Origin: Candidatus Bipolaricaulota bacterium
GTDB lineage: Bacteria; Bipolaricaulota; Bipolaricaulia; UBA7950; UBA9294
Assembly: GCA_028278555.1 (NCBI GenBank)
Contig: JANQEA010000035.1
Span: forward strand, 152,089 to 216,088
Reading direction: 5' to 3'
DNA: 64,000 bases
Shown: piece by piece, positions 62,975-64,000 of the stretch
Layout: every line of letters starts with the position of its first letter
Numbering within the stretch: position 1 is the first letter of the stretch
Notes under the pieces: model-generated
The model's database searches: none
Seen by the model: the letters and a program-made list of their open reading frames with translations, nothing else
Told to the model about the DNA's origin: nothing
Program-made: the position numbers and the translations under genes

Positions 62975-63057
62975 ATCTTCTCCTCTGCTTCATCGACCAG
63001 GAGAACGGCGCTCGTCGCCGTTCTCCACCGTGATCGGCGGTCGGCTTCGACCGTCGA

Positions 63058-64000
63058 TCACGCAAACGTCTTCTTGAACTCGCCGATCGCCTCTTCCAGC
63101 TGCGAGCGGATCTCGTCGGTCATCCGCCGTTCCTCGCGGATCATCGTGAGGATCTCGCCCCGCTCCTCACGGATGAACTTCAGCCACTCCCGTTCGAACC
63201 GACGGACATCAGCGACCTCCACATCGACGACGTGGTTCTCGACCCCGACATAGATCGCGACAATCTGCTCCTCGACAGGCATCGGCTGGTACTGCTCCTG
63301 CTTGAGGATCTCCATCAGACGATCGCCCCGCGCCAGCTGCGCCTTCGACTCGTCGTCGAGGTCGGCCGAGAACTCGGCGAACGCCTCCAGTTCGCGGTAC
63401 TGAGATAGCTCGAGCCGGAGCGGACCGGCGATCTGAGACATCGCCTTGATCTGCGCCTCGCCGCCGACGCGCGACACCGAGAACCCGACATTGATCGCCG
63501 GACGGAATCCCTGGTTGAACAGATCGGTCTCGAGATAGATCTGACCGTCTGTGATGCTGATTACATTCGTCGGGATGTAGGCGGTGATGTCTCCGGCCTT
63601 TGTCTCGATGATCGGGAAGGCTGTCAGCGAGCCTCCGCCCTGCTCGTCGGCGAGGCGGACCGCCCGCTCGAGGAGCCGCGAGTGGGTGTAGAAGATGTCG
63701 CCAGGATAGGCCTCGCGCCCCGGCGGTCGCCGGAGGAGGAGGGAGAGCTCGCGATAAGCAACGGCGTGCTTCGACAAATCGTCGTAGACGATGAACGCAT
63801 CCCGTCCCTGGTAGGTGAAGTACTCGGCCATCGCGCATCCGGCGTAGGGGGCGAGGTACTGCATCGGTGTCGGCGAGTTCGCGTCGGCGACGACGACGAT
63901 CGTGTAGTCCATCGCATCGTACTTGGTCAGGGTGTCGACGATCCGCGCGACCGTCGACGCCTTTTGCCCGATCGCAACGTACACGCAGACAACGTCCTCT
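63058..64000 (-). CDS. atpA: F1 ATP synthase alpha subunit (partial; N-terminus lies beyond the window end)
   Basis: [36 protein letters not shown] and ITDGQI motifs. The frame is open to the window edge. Confidence 0.95.
   Translation of the reverse strand, partial: EDVVCVYVAIGQKASTVARIVDTLTKYDAMDYTIVVVADANSPTPMQYLAPYAGCAMAEYFTYQGRDAFIVYDDLSKHAVAYRELSLLLRRPPGREAYPGDIFYTHSRLLERAVRLADEQGGGSLTAFPIIETKAGDITAYIPTNVISITDGQIYLETDLFNQGFRPAINVGFSVSRVGGEAQIKAMSQIAGPLRLELSQYRELEAFAEFSADLDDESKAQLARGDRLMEILKQEQYQPMPVEEQIVAIYVGVENHVVDVEVADVRRFEREWLKFIREERGEILTMIREERRMTDEIRSQLEEAIGEFKKTFA

Overview
This is a 64-kb, high-GC (roughly mid-60s % by eye, not computed), gene-dense bacterial chromosomal window, probably from an uncultured or metagenomic organism. 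I could not assign a taxon. I support about 60 protein-coding genes, many linked by 4-nt ATGA/GTGA start-stop overlaps (operons), and two adjacent tRNA genes (Val-GAC, Cys-GCA). No rRNA, CRISPR array, integrase or transposase was recognised. Core content: F1 ATP synthase atpA(partial)-atpG-atpD, pyruvate kinase, DinB, an RluA-type pseudouridine synthase, a TldD/PmbA pair, a class-III aminotransferase and split lysine-ketoglutarate reductase / saccharopine dehydrogenase genes. Transport and signalling content: a peptide/nickel-type ABC system with an unusual permease-ATPase-ATPase triple fusion, a COG2984-type ABC system behind a long structured leader, a Zn/Mn-type ABC system whose binding-protein gene is an in-frame-deleted remnant, a MarR/GbsR-secreted protein-MMPL-LolA-like export operon, an OmpR/HK two-component system beside a CpxP/Spy/ZraP-like LTXXQ protein, and a TlpA-CcdA-DUF3179 module. 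Two regions stand out compositionally. The first is ~2.1-4.4 kb, visibly lower GC. It carries a single-gene fusion of a Fic (AMPylase) domain to a TIR / nucleoside-2-deoxyribosyltransferase-like domain, a small 4-TM protein, and an adjacent decayed VOC gene. This is my best candidate for an undescribed conflict or toxin-type system. The second is ~23.3-25.9 kb, which encodes a signal-peptide protein with about 14 blocks of (GGX)n PGRS-like glycine repeats fused to a C-terminal beta-barrel-like domain ending in Phe. Other notable items: an APH-family protein that has lost all three catalytic residues (pseudokinase), a 750-nt gene-free region with a consensus sigma70 promoter, six hairpins and an internal intrinsic terminator, a GyrI-like/Cys-rich fusion, and no atpC downstream of atpD. 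The many long antisense 'shadow' ORFs in the track are artefacts of GC-rich coding sequence and were rejected. All functional calls rest on by-eye motif and family recognition. No database search was run.
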